Origin: a virus
Lineage: Duplodnaviria; Heunggongvirae; Uroviricota; Caudoviricetes
Strand: one strand, 5' to 3'
Length of the DNA stretch: 64,000 bases
IMG/VR virus record: IMGVR_UViG_3300017971_000191
Made by a program: the position numbers and the translations under genes. The first letter of the stretch is position 1. Every line of letters begins with the position of its first letter. Positions 19,108 through 29,300 of the stretch are shown in pieces. Below the pieces are notes generated by a model. That model did not search any database. It saw only the letters and a program-made list of their open reading frames with translations, and was not told the DNA's origin.

Positions 19108-22100
19108 CTAGGCCGATTCTAGCCCATTTTGCGCGGCCTCGCCAATAGCAAAAGGCTCCTCCTCGAAGAGGATGGGAAATCCGCCGACCAGCGGCGCCCC
19201 GCCCATCTCGTCGAGACCTCGCTTGAAGAAGGGGTTGAAGGAGACCTCACCACGCCAGATTTCCGCCGGCGTGGCAAAGCGTTTGAGGCCCCAGCCGGCT
19301 CCGGGGAGGTGGATCGGCTCCACACCTGGGACACCCGGACGCTTCAGGTGAACATCCTCCATAATCCGTTCACCAGCCCCCATACCCTCGTGGGACAGCT
19401 CGTAGCCGGACATCTCCTGTCGCTGGCGGAGCTTTTCCAAAGACTGCTTCTGCCCGGGCGTCAGACCGCCGGCAGCCTCGATCTTCTCCAACTCGCGGAT
19501 CTGCTCGGGGAGGGCTGCTTTCTGGCTCTGAGCGGTCTCGGCCCGCTCCTGCAAGATCGGCTGGGCCTTGCCCTTCAGCGAGCTATACTCCTGGAGGGCT
19601 TCCATTCCAGCCTCGGCCGGCTCCTTGATGACGTCCTGGATGTCCATCATGCCCTGGGCGATCCCGGCGTACGGAAGGACCATCCCTTTGGCCTTATCCC
19701 AGAGCGTGCCGTCTTTCCCGTAACCGTGGCGTTCCTTGACCCGGCTCCACACCCGCGACAGCGGATCGAGGATCGACTTGTCGTTGTGCAACTGGTAGTC
19801 CCGCTGGTTGATCGGGTTGCTGGGATCGAGGCCCTCGGCCGAGCGGCGCTGATAGAGTTCCTGTTGCTGCGAACCCAAACCGTAACTCCGGCCGGCTTCC
19901 TGGGCACCGCGGATCGTCGCCTCGGTGGTACCCGCGACAGTCTCTGCGCCCGCAGCCCCCGTACTGAAGGGGCTGAAAAACTCTCCAGCGAAACCCACAG
20001 CGTCCAGGGGATTCCCTGCGGCGGCTCCTTCGATCTGCGACTGCCGACGCTGGTTGACTTGCTCGCCAGCGCTACCGTGGCCGGTAAGACCATGCTGAAC
20101 AACATTCCTGCCGGTACCAATCGCGTCCAGGGCGATCGCCAGATGGCCCAGCGGCCCTACGCCCGGCTTGGCACCCTTGGCGGCGCCCCACAGCTTGCTG
20201 GCCCCGGGGATGCGATTCATCAGTCGGGTAAGCATCCCCGGTCCGCCCTTGGGAGACATGAACTTCATGTTCCGCAGCCACTCACCGGCCCGCGTGTTGC
20301 GGAGCCACGGCAAGTAGCCAGTCCCCTTCACTGGAGCCCGCCAGAGCGTGCTCAGTCCGCGACCGATCGGGGCCAGGCCCTGACGGATCATGGCCGCCTG
20401 GCCCAGCTCCCGCGACGGGTTGGCCGGGTTGGGCATGAAACGGAGGAACATGTCCTCGGCCCAGTCAGGCGTGTAGTTCCTCACACTCTCGGGCAAGGCA
20501 TCTCGCAGGTTCGTGGGGGCTTCGTCACTGAAGACACCCGTGCCGGGCTTGGTTCCAAGGATCGTATCGAAGGCGTTGTCAACGCCCTGCTCGATCCGCT
20601 GGTCCATGGCCGCCTGGGGGTCCGCGGCAGGAGCAGCCGGCTGCTGGACTTCAGGGGCAGCTTCGGGGGTCGGCTGTTGCTGGTCAATCTGGTAGCCGGC
20701 TGGCGGGATGCCGCTGCCGCCTGCTCCCTGCCAGCCGCCGGTACCGGAGAGTGGGGAGTATCGTTGGCCGCTGGTCAAGACCCGCATGGACTGCGGCGAC
20801 ATCAGCGTTCCCATGGTCATCACGCCACCCACGCCGGGAAGCATCTTGTTGACCTGTTGAATCAGCGGCACAGCCAGCGGGCTGCCCATCATCCCCGGGC
20901 TTGCGTAGGAACCCCACTGCGGCCGAGCCGCCGGCATGGAGCCGACTTGCTCAACACCGCCAGCACCTCCCGCAGCGGCTGCTCCTGCGGCATACGGATT
21001 TCCGCCTGTACCCGCCGAAGGTACAGTTGTACCCATCTGCGCAGAGGGACTCGGACCGACCCCCTGCGCAGAACGCTCGGCGGCTCCCTGGACTCCGCCC
21101 GAGGTGCCGGGGGGAGTCGAAGTCGGTTTCTTGTACGGAGCAGGAAGCGAGGCGATTTTCTCCAGCTCGGCGTCCGAGGAGAGTTTGAACCGGCCACCGA
21201 ACCAGCTCTTGCGTACCGGCTTCGGCTTACGCTGCTCGGTCTGCTCACTGGCCAGGCTCGGCCGGGGTGGCTCGAATCCGGGGCCAGGCTTGCGGACGAC
21301 GCTGTTCGGCGTGCGGCCGAAATTGGTCGAGCGGGCCAGGGCGGGGACAAAGGAGCTGCCCCGCTCCTCGCTGGTGCCGCCTCGCTGGGCCGCGCTGAGC
21401 AAGCTCTTCTTCAAGCCGGAGCCGTAATGCCGGACCAGCCAGTCGGGGTCGTGCTGCATGGAGTACATGCCACGAATCATCTCCGGCTCGAAAGGCGGCG
21501 GGTTCTTGTGTACACTGAGCGTGTTCACTCCGAATCGCTCGAACTCCCGGAGCATCGAGGGCCGGACCTTCGTGCCGATCGTATAATGGAGGACAGGGCG
21601 TTCAAGGTACTGGCCAACCGCCCTCCGAGGTTCGACATCCTCGTAGTCCTCACGAGGCGTGTACCGGTGTTCGAGCGTTGAATACGGAATGACGTCACCC
21701 GGAACTCCGTCTTCGTATTCCTCGGTGAGTCTGACATGGTTGATAAGCCCCCTACTGAGCAGCTCGGTGTTTCTCCGGTGAGCCTTGAGCCCTGCATCCT
21801 GCAAAGCCTGGCGGAAAGCCCACGTGAAGTAACGACGTCCCTCGCCAACGCCTTTATGTCGAACGATCTGACCCGGATTCGGGAGACCCTCCGAAAGCAC
21901 GTCCCCGGCTTCGACCGTATCACCCTTCTTGACTTTCAAGTCGAAGCCCTGGCCCACATAGTGCTGCTCGCCGTCGATGGTGACGTAGTTACCACCCGCG
22001 GGAGCTTTCTCGATGCGACCCACGGTCCCATCGACCTGGGCATGTGCCGCGCCGCCTTTCATTACCCGTGGCGTCTGGACTAGCTGGTTGATCCGCTCGA

Positions 22101-23148
22101 ACCCCGAGACAGCCTTGTCCTCCCCGGCCACGCCTCCGCCGTGCTTGGCCGAGATCTGCGCTTGGGTCAGAGGCTCGGAGAGAGCCTGGGCGGCTGTGAG
22201 TCCAACCATCTCACCAAGTCCCGGAAGGTTACCGCGTTCACGTACACCCACGTCTCGCGAGTAAACGCCGCCTTCGGGCGAACCTCCGATAATCGGAGAC
22301 CTGACCAGGATTCGATCATGTCCCATTCGTTGGAGGTGCTTGAGGATCTTGGGGGTGAGATGGGTGTTTCGTTTGTAGGGTCCTGCGTCATAGGCCAGCA
22401 GCGCTCCTTCGTTATCCATGTCGTTGGTGTCGACGGGCATGCCGCGGAGGACCTTGGGTGCCTCCTCCTCGTCCTCGTCGACGACGACCAGCCGGTGAGC
22501 CACCTGGTTGAGCTGCTTGCTGAGGAAGCCGGCGTCCCGGGTGGCGGACTTCAAGGCGATGACGCCGTGGCGGGCACCGTAGGTGCCGGCCCAGTATTCT
22601 TCCGGCGACAAGCCTTCACTGTAGCTGCGAAGGATGGGGATGGGAAGCGGCCGTCCCCGGTGGTCCACGTAAAGCATGTCGGAGCCGCGGAGGCTTGCCA
22701 GGTTCATCTTGTTGCCGCGCGAACCGGACAGAACCTGAAGGGCCAGCGGGTTGCCCTCCTCCAGCGACTCCTTGAGGATTGCCTCTTGTTGGGGTTCTAT
22801 CTCCCGGCCGATGGCCCGCACGATCAGCTCTTCCCGTCTCCTGTCGTCCAGGTCATCGCGGTCAAGGATCTTCGCCAGGGCGTTGGTGAGCTTCTGGCGA
22901 GTCTTGACGGCGGCACGGGCTTTGCCCAGGTGTTTGACGCCGAAGGCCATGCCCCCGGACTCCTGGGACGCGCGGCTGCCAATCTCCAACAGCTTGTGGG
23001 AGATCTCCCGATACTTGTCGGGATGCTTCTCGGCGACCTCGCGCAACAGACTGGAGAGCCCCTTCTTGTCGAGGACCCGGTCGTAGTCGCGCATATCGTC
23101 GGGCAGCGTCTCGTTGACGAGATGCTGCCCCAGAGTTGCCGTTCGCAT
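19108..23148 (-). CDS. RNA polymerase beta-prime C-terminal half (regions F, G, H) plus a roughly 800-aa Gly/Pro/Gln-rich C-terminal extension
   Basis: SGSRGN...GARHG...LVV matches beta-prime region F. SEPLTQAQISAKHGGGVAG matches region G (GEPGTQLTMRTFHIGG). Confidence 0.7.
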   Translation of the reverse strand: MRTATLGQHLVNETLPDDMRDYDRVLDKKGLSSLLREVAEKHPDKYREISHKLLEIGSRASQESGGMAFGVKHLGKARAAVKTRQKLTNALAKILDRDDLDDRRREELIVRAIGREIEPQQEAILKESLEEGNPLALQVLSGSRGNKMNLASLRGSDMLYVDHRGRPLPIPILRSYSEGLSPEEYWAGTYGARHGVIALKSATRDAGFLSKQLNQVAHRLVVVDEDEEEAPKVLRGMPVDTNDMDNEGALLAYDAGPYKRNTHLTPKILKHLQRMGHDRILVRSPIIGGSPEGGVYSRDVGVRERGNLPGLGEMVGLTAAQALSEPLTQAQISAKHGGGVAGEDKAVSGFERINQLVQTPRVMKGGAAHAQVDGTVGRIEKAPAGGNYVTIDGEQHYVGQGFDLKVKKGDTVEAGDVLSEGLPNPGQIVRHKGVGEGRRYFTWAFRQALQDAGLKAHRRNTELLSRGLINHVRLTEEYEDGVPGDVIPYSTLEHRYTPREDYEDVEPRRAVGQYLERPVLHYTIGTKVRPSMLREFERFGVNTLSVHKNPPPFEPEMIRGMYSMQHDPDWLVRHYGSGLKKSLLSAAQRGGTSEERGSSFVPALARSTNFGRTPNSVVRKPGPGFEPPRPSLASEQTEQRKPKPVRKSWFGGRFKLSSDAELEKIASLPAPYKKPTSTPPGTSGGVQGAAERSAQGVGPSPSAQMGTTVPSAGTGGNPYAAGAAAAGGAGGVEQVGSMPAARPQWGSYASPGMMGSPLAVPLIQQVNKMLPGVGGVMTMGTLMSPQSMRVLTSGQRYSPLSGTGGWQGAGGSGIPPAGYQIDQQQPTPEAAPEVQQPAAPAADPQAAMDQRIEQGVDNAFDTILGTKPGTGVFSDEAPTNLRDALPESVRNYTPDWAEDMFLRFMPNPANPSRELGQAAMIRQGLAPIGRGLSTLWRAPVKGTGYLPWLRNTRAGEWLRNMKFMSPKGGPGMLTRLMNRIPGASKLWGAAKGAKPGVGPLGHLAIALDAIGTGRNVVQHGLTGHGSAGEQVNQRRQSQIEGAAAGNPLDAVGFAGEFFSPFSTGAAGAETVAGTTEATIRGAQEAGRSYGLGSQQQELYQRRSAEGLDPSNPINQRDYQLHNDKSILDPLSRVWSRVKERHGYGKDGTLWDKAKGMVLPYAGIAQGMMDIQDVIKEPAEAGMEALQEYSSLKGKAQPILQERAETAQSQKAALPEQIRELEKIEAAGGLTPGQKQSLEKLRQRQEMSGYELSHEGMGAGERIMEDVHLKRPGVPGVEPIHLPGAGWGLKRFATPAEIWRGEVSFNPFFKRGLDEMGGAPLVGGFPILFEEEPFAIGEAAQNGLESA

Positions 23149-23165
23149 CCTTGCCTCCAGGCGGC

Positions 23166-23492
23166 TTACGCCACCTTCAGTTTGCCGAGATCCTTGCTCG
23201 GCCGGGCTCCCTGCCAGGTAGTGCTGCCGGGGATGTAGGGGTCATCGTGCGGGGGCTTGGGAGCGTTGGTCTGGTCGATCTCAACGCCCACGCACTGCAC
23301 GCCCTTCACCTCGTACGCATATCCCCAACGGTCGTACGCGATCTTCATGCCGCCCTGACGGGCCGCCTTCGCGTACAAACGCTGAAGTTCGGGCTGGGGG
23401 TCATCGTGTTTGCGGGGCCACAAACGGCCTCGCAGAGCACGATATGGCCAAGTAAGGAGGCGCATAAGCTGCCAAAACTTTCGTCTCGACAT
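23166..23492 (-). CDS. small hypothetical protein
   Basis: 108 aa. The TGTCCGG repeat cluster lies in its 5' region. Confidence 0.45.
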   Translation of the reverse strand: MSRRKFWQLMRLLTWPYRALRGRLWPRKHDDPQPELQRLYAKAARQGGMKIAYDRWGYAYEVKGVQCVGVEIDQTNAPKPPHDDPYIPGSTTWQGARPSKDLGKLKVA

Positions 23493-23510
23493 CGAAGTCC
23501 TCCCTCATCG

Positions 23511-23605
23511 GTCTGCCGGAAGATGTCCGGATCGTGGCCGGATTCTCCCGTGGGAACTACAAAAACCGGACATTCTACCCGGGCAACGTGTCCGGAAATG
23601 TCCGG
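23511..23605. promoter_or_regulatory. cluster of four to five (A/G)TGTCCGG repeats in direct and inverted orientation; putative operator
   Basis: The copies are GTCTGCCGGA, GATGTCCGG, CCGGACATTC, GTGTCCGG and AATGTCCGG, all within a 113-bp intergenic region. Confidence 0.4.
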
Positions 23606-23896
23606 TTACTCGTAACGAACGCGATCAAGATGATAGCGCCGCAGATAACCCGTGTTGGTCAGCGCCAACAATCCCGTGATGATCCGGTCGCAAATCAGAC
23701 TTGCATCGCCGGAGATGTCGCCCTGGCCCGGCACGTTGATCCGAACGTGCAGGCCGAGCCGCAACTTCTTGGCGATGGACTGGACGAGCCGGCCCAAATG
23801 AGTGTCGTTGGTCACGTGGAACCGGGCAATCGGCCGCGTGCGCCGGCGGCGTCCAGTGCCGTCCGGCTTGTAGTTTGAACTAAATGGCAGTGCCAT
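23606..23896 (-). CDS. small hypothetical protein
   Basis: 96-aa ORF. Confidence 0.4.
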   Translation of the reverse strand: MALPFSSNYKPDGTGRRRRTRPIARFHVTNDTHLGRLVQSIAKKLRLGLHVRINVPGQGDISGDASLICDRIITGLLALTNTGYLRRYHLDRVRYE

Positions 23897-24347
23897 CGTT
23901 AGAGGCTCCGGCTACAGGGGGTCCTATCGGGAAGTGTTTCCCATTGGCGGTCAGAATCTCCTTCTTCGTGTCCGCGATCCAGACTTCGATGTCGATCTGG
24001 TGGCAAACCGTCAAGGCCCGGTAGACGTATTTCGATTCCTTACCCATGTCCTCAACGAGGAGCAAGACGACGGGTTCTAGCTGCACCATCGTCGAGTACC
24101 AGAGGCACTGGCCGATGGCTTCGGCCCACTTCGGGGCCCAGTCGATTTCCACCGCCGCCGTCTCGGTGAGCAAGTCGATTCGTGTTCCATCCCACAGGCG
24201 ATGCTCGTACTCCGCCTTCAACGCAAAGGCGATCCTCCGAGCCCAGGCCAGCTCGTTAAGCTGGTGCGCCCCCATGACGACGGGTTCCTCAGAGAACTTC
24301 CGCGCCAACTCTGTTTCAACGTGCTCCAGCTCCAGTTTCGGGATCAT
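23880..24347 (-). CDS. hypothetical protein
   Basis: 155-aa ORF. Confidence 0.45.
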   Translation of the reverse strand: MIPKLELEHVETELARKFSEEPVVMGAHQLNELAWARRIAFALKAEYEHRLWDGTRIDLLTETAAVEIDWAPKWAEAIGQCLWYSTMVQLEPVVLLLVEDMGKESKYVYRALTVCHQIDIEVWIADTKKEILTANGKHFPIGPPVAGASNDGTAI

Positions 24348-25236
24348 TTTCTTCCTCTTCGCTCATGAAATCGTCGAGTTCCTCCTCCTCGTCTTCTTCT
24401 TCGTCGTCGACCACGAACTGCTCGGGGTCGTCCAGGGGATCACCCGGCTCGTCGTCGGCTACGACCTCTTCCGGTTCCTCGTCTTCTTCGATCTCTTCCT
24501 CCTCGTCTTCATCACCACCGAAGACGAAGGCGGCAGGATCGCCCAGGTCGGCGCCGCTGGGGTCGATCTCCCCGGCTTCCGGCACCTCGGCAAGCTCCTC
24601 CGTGGACGGCGGGCCGGTGAGATCCTCAGCGAGCTTCTCTCCCCCGCCAAGCTCCACGCCGCGGACGGCGTCCTCGACCTCCGTGTAGCCGGCCGCCTCC
24701 GGGGTCAAGCCAAGCTGAATGTCGCGGCCCTGATCCTCGCTGATCGTCTCGCGAGTGACGGCGAACTCGATCTTCTGGCGGATATGCGGGATCAACCCCT
24801 TGTTGCCGATGGCGACTCGCACGGGGGAGTAGCCGGCCGCCACCATCTCGACGGCTCGCGACATGACATTGTCGATGTCAGCGGCCCGCGAGATGACCAA
24901 AGGGCCGACGCCGTGGGCCGCCGATTCGGGCGCCTCGGCCGTCTGCCGCGCCACGGTGACCGTCTGCGCCGGGGCTTCGTGACTCTTGTAATACTTGTCG
25001 GCCGAGATGATCGTGTTGCCTTCGTGGCCGCCGCCACCCGGAGCAACAGCCGGGGGTGTGGGGATCGGCTTGAGCTGGTGAGGCTTCTTCAGGGTGGAGT
25101 CGGCGATCGTACGGGGGATCACCGAGGACTGGCCCGAAGCGTAGTAGCGCTTGTCGGCGGAGCGGATGGTGTTGGGGTCGGTGACCTCGTTGATCTTAAC
25201 GGGTTGCCTCCTGGTCGGTCGCTTCTTCTTTGCCAC
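24316..25236 (-). CDS. hypothetical protein with a basic N-terminus and an extremely acidic C-terminal tail (DEDEEEEIEEDEEPEE...)
   Basis: 306 aa, located between the two RNA polymerase genes. It may be a polymerase-associated factor. Confidence 0.45.
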   Translation of the reverse strand: MAKKKRPTRRQPVKINEVTDPNTIRSADKRYYASGQSSVIPRTIADSTLKKPHQLKPIPTPPAVAPGGGGHEGNTIISADKYYKSHEAPAQTVTVARQTAEAPESAAHGVGPLVISRAADIDNVMSRAVEMVAAGYSPVRVAIGNKGLIPHIRQKIEFAVTRETISEDQGRDIQLGLTPEAAGYTEVEDAVRGVELGGGEKLAEDLTGPPSTEELAEVPEAGEIDPSGADLGDPAAFVFGGDEDEEEEIEEDEEPEEVVADDEPGDPLDDPEQFVVDDEEEDEEEELDDFMSEEEENDPETGAGAR

Positions 25237-25248
25237 GGGACTTCTCCT

Positions 25249-25521
25249 TCACTGAGGGCTGCGAGGATCACGGATCAACCGGGCACCGGGAGGCGGAGGC
25301 GGCAGACGAACGGTGTCGCAGAAGACCACCATGTCCACGCCCAGCTTCCTCAGTGTCTCGTTGAAGTCCTCGTCCTTCGCATGTGATGCTCGAATCGTTC
25401 CTTCGGGTCCATAGTGTCCTGCCACCATGACGGGCGTCCCAGCGGCGTTCTCGCAGATGACCATGGCGGCGTCGATCACCAACGGAGGTTCGCCAACTTG
25501 GGAGATGATTTTCAGTTTCAT
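25249..25521 (-). CDS. small hypothetical protein
   Basis: 90-aa ORF. Confidence 0.4.
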   Translation of the reverse strand: MKLKIISQVGEPPLVIDAAMVICENAAGTPVMVAGHYGPEGTIRASHAKDEDFNETLRKLGVDMVVFCDTVRLPPPPPGARLIRDPRSPQ

Positions 25522-26255
25522 GCAGCTTCCGCTCGCCGGCCGAGAACCGCCGCGATGGCGGTGGCCTTGTTTGCCATGCTGCCGAAATCAGGCAAGATGC
25601 CCTTGTCGGCAGCCACACCCTGGTCGTGGGCCGGCTTCTCCGGACCCTGGGCCGCGGGGATCGGCTCGATGGGACTGATGCCGCCACCACCGCCGGCCGG
25701 GGCACCTCCGCCAGCCGCAGCCGGATCATCCGACTGCATGGCCGCGTAACCGGGGCCGCCCTGGGCCATCTGCTGGAGATCCTCCGGCGTGACGACCATG
25801 TCGCTGGCCGGGATGTTGATCCCCATCGCGTCGGCGATCTTGGCCAGAATCTTGAGGACCTGAAGCATGACCACGTTCTGGTCGATCTTCGGCTTCAAGT
25901 CGCCTTGGGGATTCCCGCCCGGACCTCCCGCACCGCCGCCCATACCCTGGATTGCGGCCTGGACCTGCTGCTGGATCATGGTGTTCATGTCCGGCATGGC
26001 GCCGCCGCCGCCCGCCATCGGATCAGCCGGGGGCGCGCCACCGGGAGGCATCCCACCCGCAGCCATCGGATCGCCGCCGGGAGGCATCCCACCCGCAGCC
26101 ATCGGATCGCCACCGGGAGGCATGCCGCCACCCATGGCCTCTTCCCCGCCGGGGATCATCCCCTGCTTTTCCTGACCTTCCGGCTTGGCGAACGCCGCGA
26201 CACGCTCGCGGGCCAGACCGAGCAATTCCGGGTTCACGCTTCCGTACTTGAACAT
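25518..26255 (-). CDS. Gly/Met/Pro-rich repeat protein; paralog of the C-terminal part of 8219..9526
   Basis: It has three DPMAAGGMPPGG repeats, and the motif LQVLKILAKIADAMGINIP matches LELAQILEELGVTPEEL in 8219..9526. Confidence 0.5.
   Translation of the reverse strand: MFKYGSVNPELLGLARERVAAFAKPEGQEKQGMIPGGEEAMGGGMPPGGDPMAAGGMPPGGDPMAAGGMPPGGAPPADPMAGGGGAMPDMNTMIQQQVQAAIQGMGGGAGGPGGNPQGDLKPKIDQNVVMLQVLKILAKIADAMGINIPASDMVVTPEDLQQMAQGGPGYAAMQSDDPAAAGGGAPAGGGGGISPIEPIPAAQGPEKPAHDQGVAADKGILPDFGSMANKATAIAAVLGRRAEAA
26017..26136. repeat. about three tandem copies of a 36-bp unit (CATCGGATCGCCGCCGGGAGGCATCCCACCCGCAGC)
   Basis: The repeat is visible directly in the sequence. It is coding, giving the PMAAGGMPPGGD repeats. 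Confidence 0.6.
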
Positions 26256-26321
26256 AGTCGAACTCCCTTTCAAGGTCTTCTCAGTGTATCCGAGGCCCGT
26301 GCCGTGCGGAATACCGAATGG

Positions 26322-29300
26322 CTACTGATCCAAAATCTGTACCTGGTCGTCCAGGGACAGCTTGCCGGCTGCGTAGGCCGCCCTGGCGTCGGCCAAAGTG
26401 TGAAACTTCCGCACCGATTGTTTGCTTCGTGACTTGGTGGCGTGGTAGAGACCGCCGACGAACTCCTGCCCGGGAGCATGCACCGGGGACTTGAAATCGG
26501 CCGGGCTGAGCAGGTTGGCCGAAGGCAGCATCCGCTCGTAGGCCTCCTTGACGGCCGCCGCGTCCGTGGGGACGTGGAAGTTCATCTGGTCGCCGTCGAA
26601 GTCGGCGTTGAACCCCTTGACAATCAGGGGGCTCACTTGCATCGTGCTCCCCTTCACCAGCTTGGGGCGGAAGGCGAGGATGCCAAACTTGTGCAGCACG
26701 GGGGCGCGGTTGATGAACACCGGCCGCTCGTCCATTTCCTCGACGAGCGTTTCCCGGGCCAGGGGGGTACGATCCTTGATCTGCTGGAGGGCCCGGGTCA
26801 GAGGAACCCCCTGTCGACGCATACGCCTGGCGATGAATTTTCCGTAAATATCGAAGGCCGCATCCTCGGGCAGGCCCACCGTGTCCATGTCGAAATCGGG
26901 GTTGGGGGTGATCACGGACCGGCCGACGTTGTCCACTGTCGTGGAGATCAGCTTACGCTGCACGGTGCCGAACTTGGGAGAGCTTCCAAAAACGCTTTTG
27001 AGGATTCCCCGCACGTTCTTCTCGCGGCTCTTCTGGCTGATCGGATCTCCCAGGCCGGTGACTGCCTTGAAGGCGTGGTAGACGGCCAGCCGCTCCGGGC
27101 CAGCACCCTCGTCCCCCAGCTCCTTCTTCATGGCCGCCAGGTTATCGTTGGCCTCCATCAGCTCCTTGTAGAGGTAGTTGGCGTCGGAGATCATCGGCAG
27201 GTCGTTGTCCATCATCGAGACCGGGCGGAACGCCGGCGGCAGCACCGGGGCCCGCTTCAACACCCAGTCGCCAGGATGGATACCGAGCTTCTTGGCCCGC
27301 TTGAGATAGTCGAGCTTGCGGACAGCTTGGTCCCTCTCCGTCTTGCTGCCTTGCGAGACTTGGGCCCTTGCCATGGACAACTCTTTGTCCAAGTTGAGGG
27401 CTTGCAAGGCTTTACCGATGGCCTGGGCGCCGGTGCCGAACTTGGGCAGCTCATGGTCCCCGGAGATGACGGCCTCGAACTTGGCCTTGGTCAGCCCGAG
27501 CACGCGACGGATCGGCTCCTCCATCACCGGATTGGGCATCGGCTCGGTCAGGCGGATCGCAGACCATCGCCGACCGGAGTGGCCGCCGGTGAGCTTCTTG
27601 TCGAACAGACCGCCCCGGATGGGACGCAGGCCCCGGCCCCAATCGACGCCGTCGTTCTTCATCAGGTTGCGATCCCCGGCCAGCTCGTCGACGTCCTTGT
27701 CGGTCAGCGCCATGATGTTCGTCTGCGTGCCCTCGCGGACGACGTTGATCCCCGAGGCCCGGAGTTGCTCGACGAATTTATGGTAGGCCATCGGCACCCG
27801 AGGCATCGGCGGGTTGTGCCCCATCATGAACTGGAGCCAGTAGTCCTCGTTCCGCTGACCACGAATGGCGCCCACGTCTTCCAGGTTGTGGACCGCTCCA
27901 TGGCTAAGCAGGGCGTTGGTGTCCAGCAGGGCGACTCGCTTGGAACCTTGCTTGCCGCCCTTGGCCGGGGCGTCCTCGGCCGTGTAGGCGCCGCCGCCTC
28001 GTCCCTGCTCCTTGGCTTCTGCTTGATGGTGGAGCTTCATGAAGAAGCGATTACCGGTAGGGATGCCGCGGATCTTGGAGTCGTTGCTAGGGTCGATGAT
28101 GTCCTCGGTGTCCGACAATCCGGCCTTGCGGAGCTGCTCGCGGGCCCAATCCACGTAATCGCGGCTGTCGTCCCAATCCTCGACCCGAATCGGCTTGCCC
28201 TGCTTGGCAGCCAACTTGCCCAACCACAGCTCGATCTTTTGCGACGGATTGGTCCGGCCGATAATCCCCAGCGGATTCAGCAGCACCTCGAAAGGCTTCC
28301 CGTCCTGCCCCTGCGGCATCTGCGCGTCGGGGATGATCGCGGAAATGACGCCCTTGTCTCCGTATCGTCCTGAGAGCTTGTCTCCCTTTTGCATGGGAGA
28401 CGTACTCTTGACGAGGACCACCGGCCCTTTCTTGCCGTCAACAACGTCGGTAACGATTCCGGGATCGTTATGATCCCAGACAATACTATGATCTGCATGG
28501 GACGCCTGCTTCCTCTTGTGGACCTTGTTGTGCGACAGCTCCCGCTGGCGTGCCGCCAAGATCAACGGATGCCCCTTCTCGACCTCGGTTCCCGGTTTGA
28601 CGACTCCGCGGTCGTCCAGCGTCTCCAGGATCTTGCGCTCGTATCGGGACGGAAACAGGCTGACATAGGTCTTCTTACCGATCTTCGTTCTGTCGTCGAC
28701 CTCCAGCTCATTCTGGTACATGTGCTCCGAGGCCAGCTTCTTGGCAAAACCCTCGGAGATCACGATGGCGTCTTCGTGGTTTTTCCCCTGCCAGGAGACG
28801 TAGGCCACCCGGGCGTTGCGGCCCAGGGCCGTGGCGCCGCGCTCGTCGGTGTAGTTCGAGCGGGCCAGCAAGGCACCAGGAGCAAACCTCTGGCCGGGCC
28901 GGACCAGGGGTGTCTGGTGCAGGTATGTCTTCCGGTTGAAAGGGAAATGGTGGTACAGCTCGATGCTGTCCTCGCTGCCGTCGTCGTAGCGGACCTTCAT
29001 GCCGTCGTCGTCGATACCCAGCACCCGGCCGCCGCGTTTGGCGTGAACCGCCCCCATCTGCTTGGCGTACTCCTCCTCGTAGCTTCGGCCGCCACGGGTC
29101 CCGGGCATCGCCGACTGGACCCAGGGGGACTCAGGCTCGACCAGGGGCAGCGCCTGGGTGAGCATCCGCGAGGCCATGGCCATCCGCTGCCCCTTGACGG
29201 CGCCCTTCATGGGGACCAGGTTGCCCAGCGGGGAGAAGGCGTCCTCGAAATTGGGCATCACCAGGTTGACGTCCCGCTTCTTGGCCCAGATCATCTTGCT

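Noticed and set aside
17413-21681. Long plus-strand ORFs (17413..19104, 563 aa; 19129..21681, 850 aa; also 6103..7053, 26442..28373, 37501..39360, 13974..15485)
   Set aside because: They run antisense to minus-strand genes that have clear homology or coherent architecture. Their translations are Arg/Gly/Ala/Pro-rich and low in complexity, typical of high-GC antisense frames. None has a ribosome-binding site or a recognisable domain.
26017-26136. Possible CRISPR-like array suggested by the 36-bp tandem repeats
   Set aside because: The repeats are contiguous with no spacers. They are in frame inside a CDS, where they encode the DPMAAGGMPPGG repeats, and no cas genes are present.
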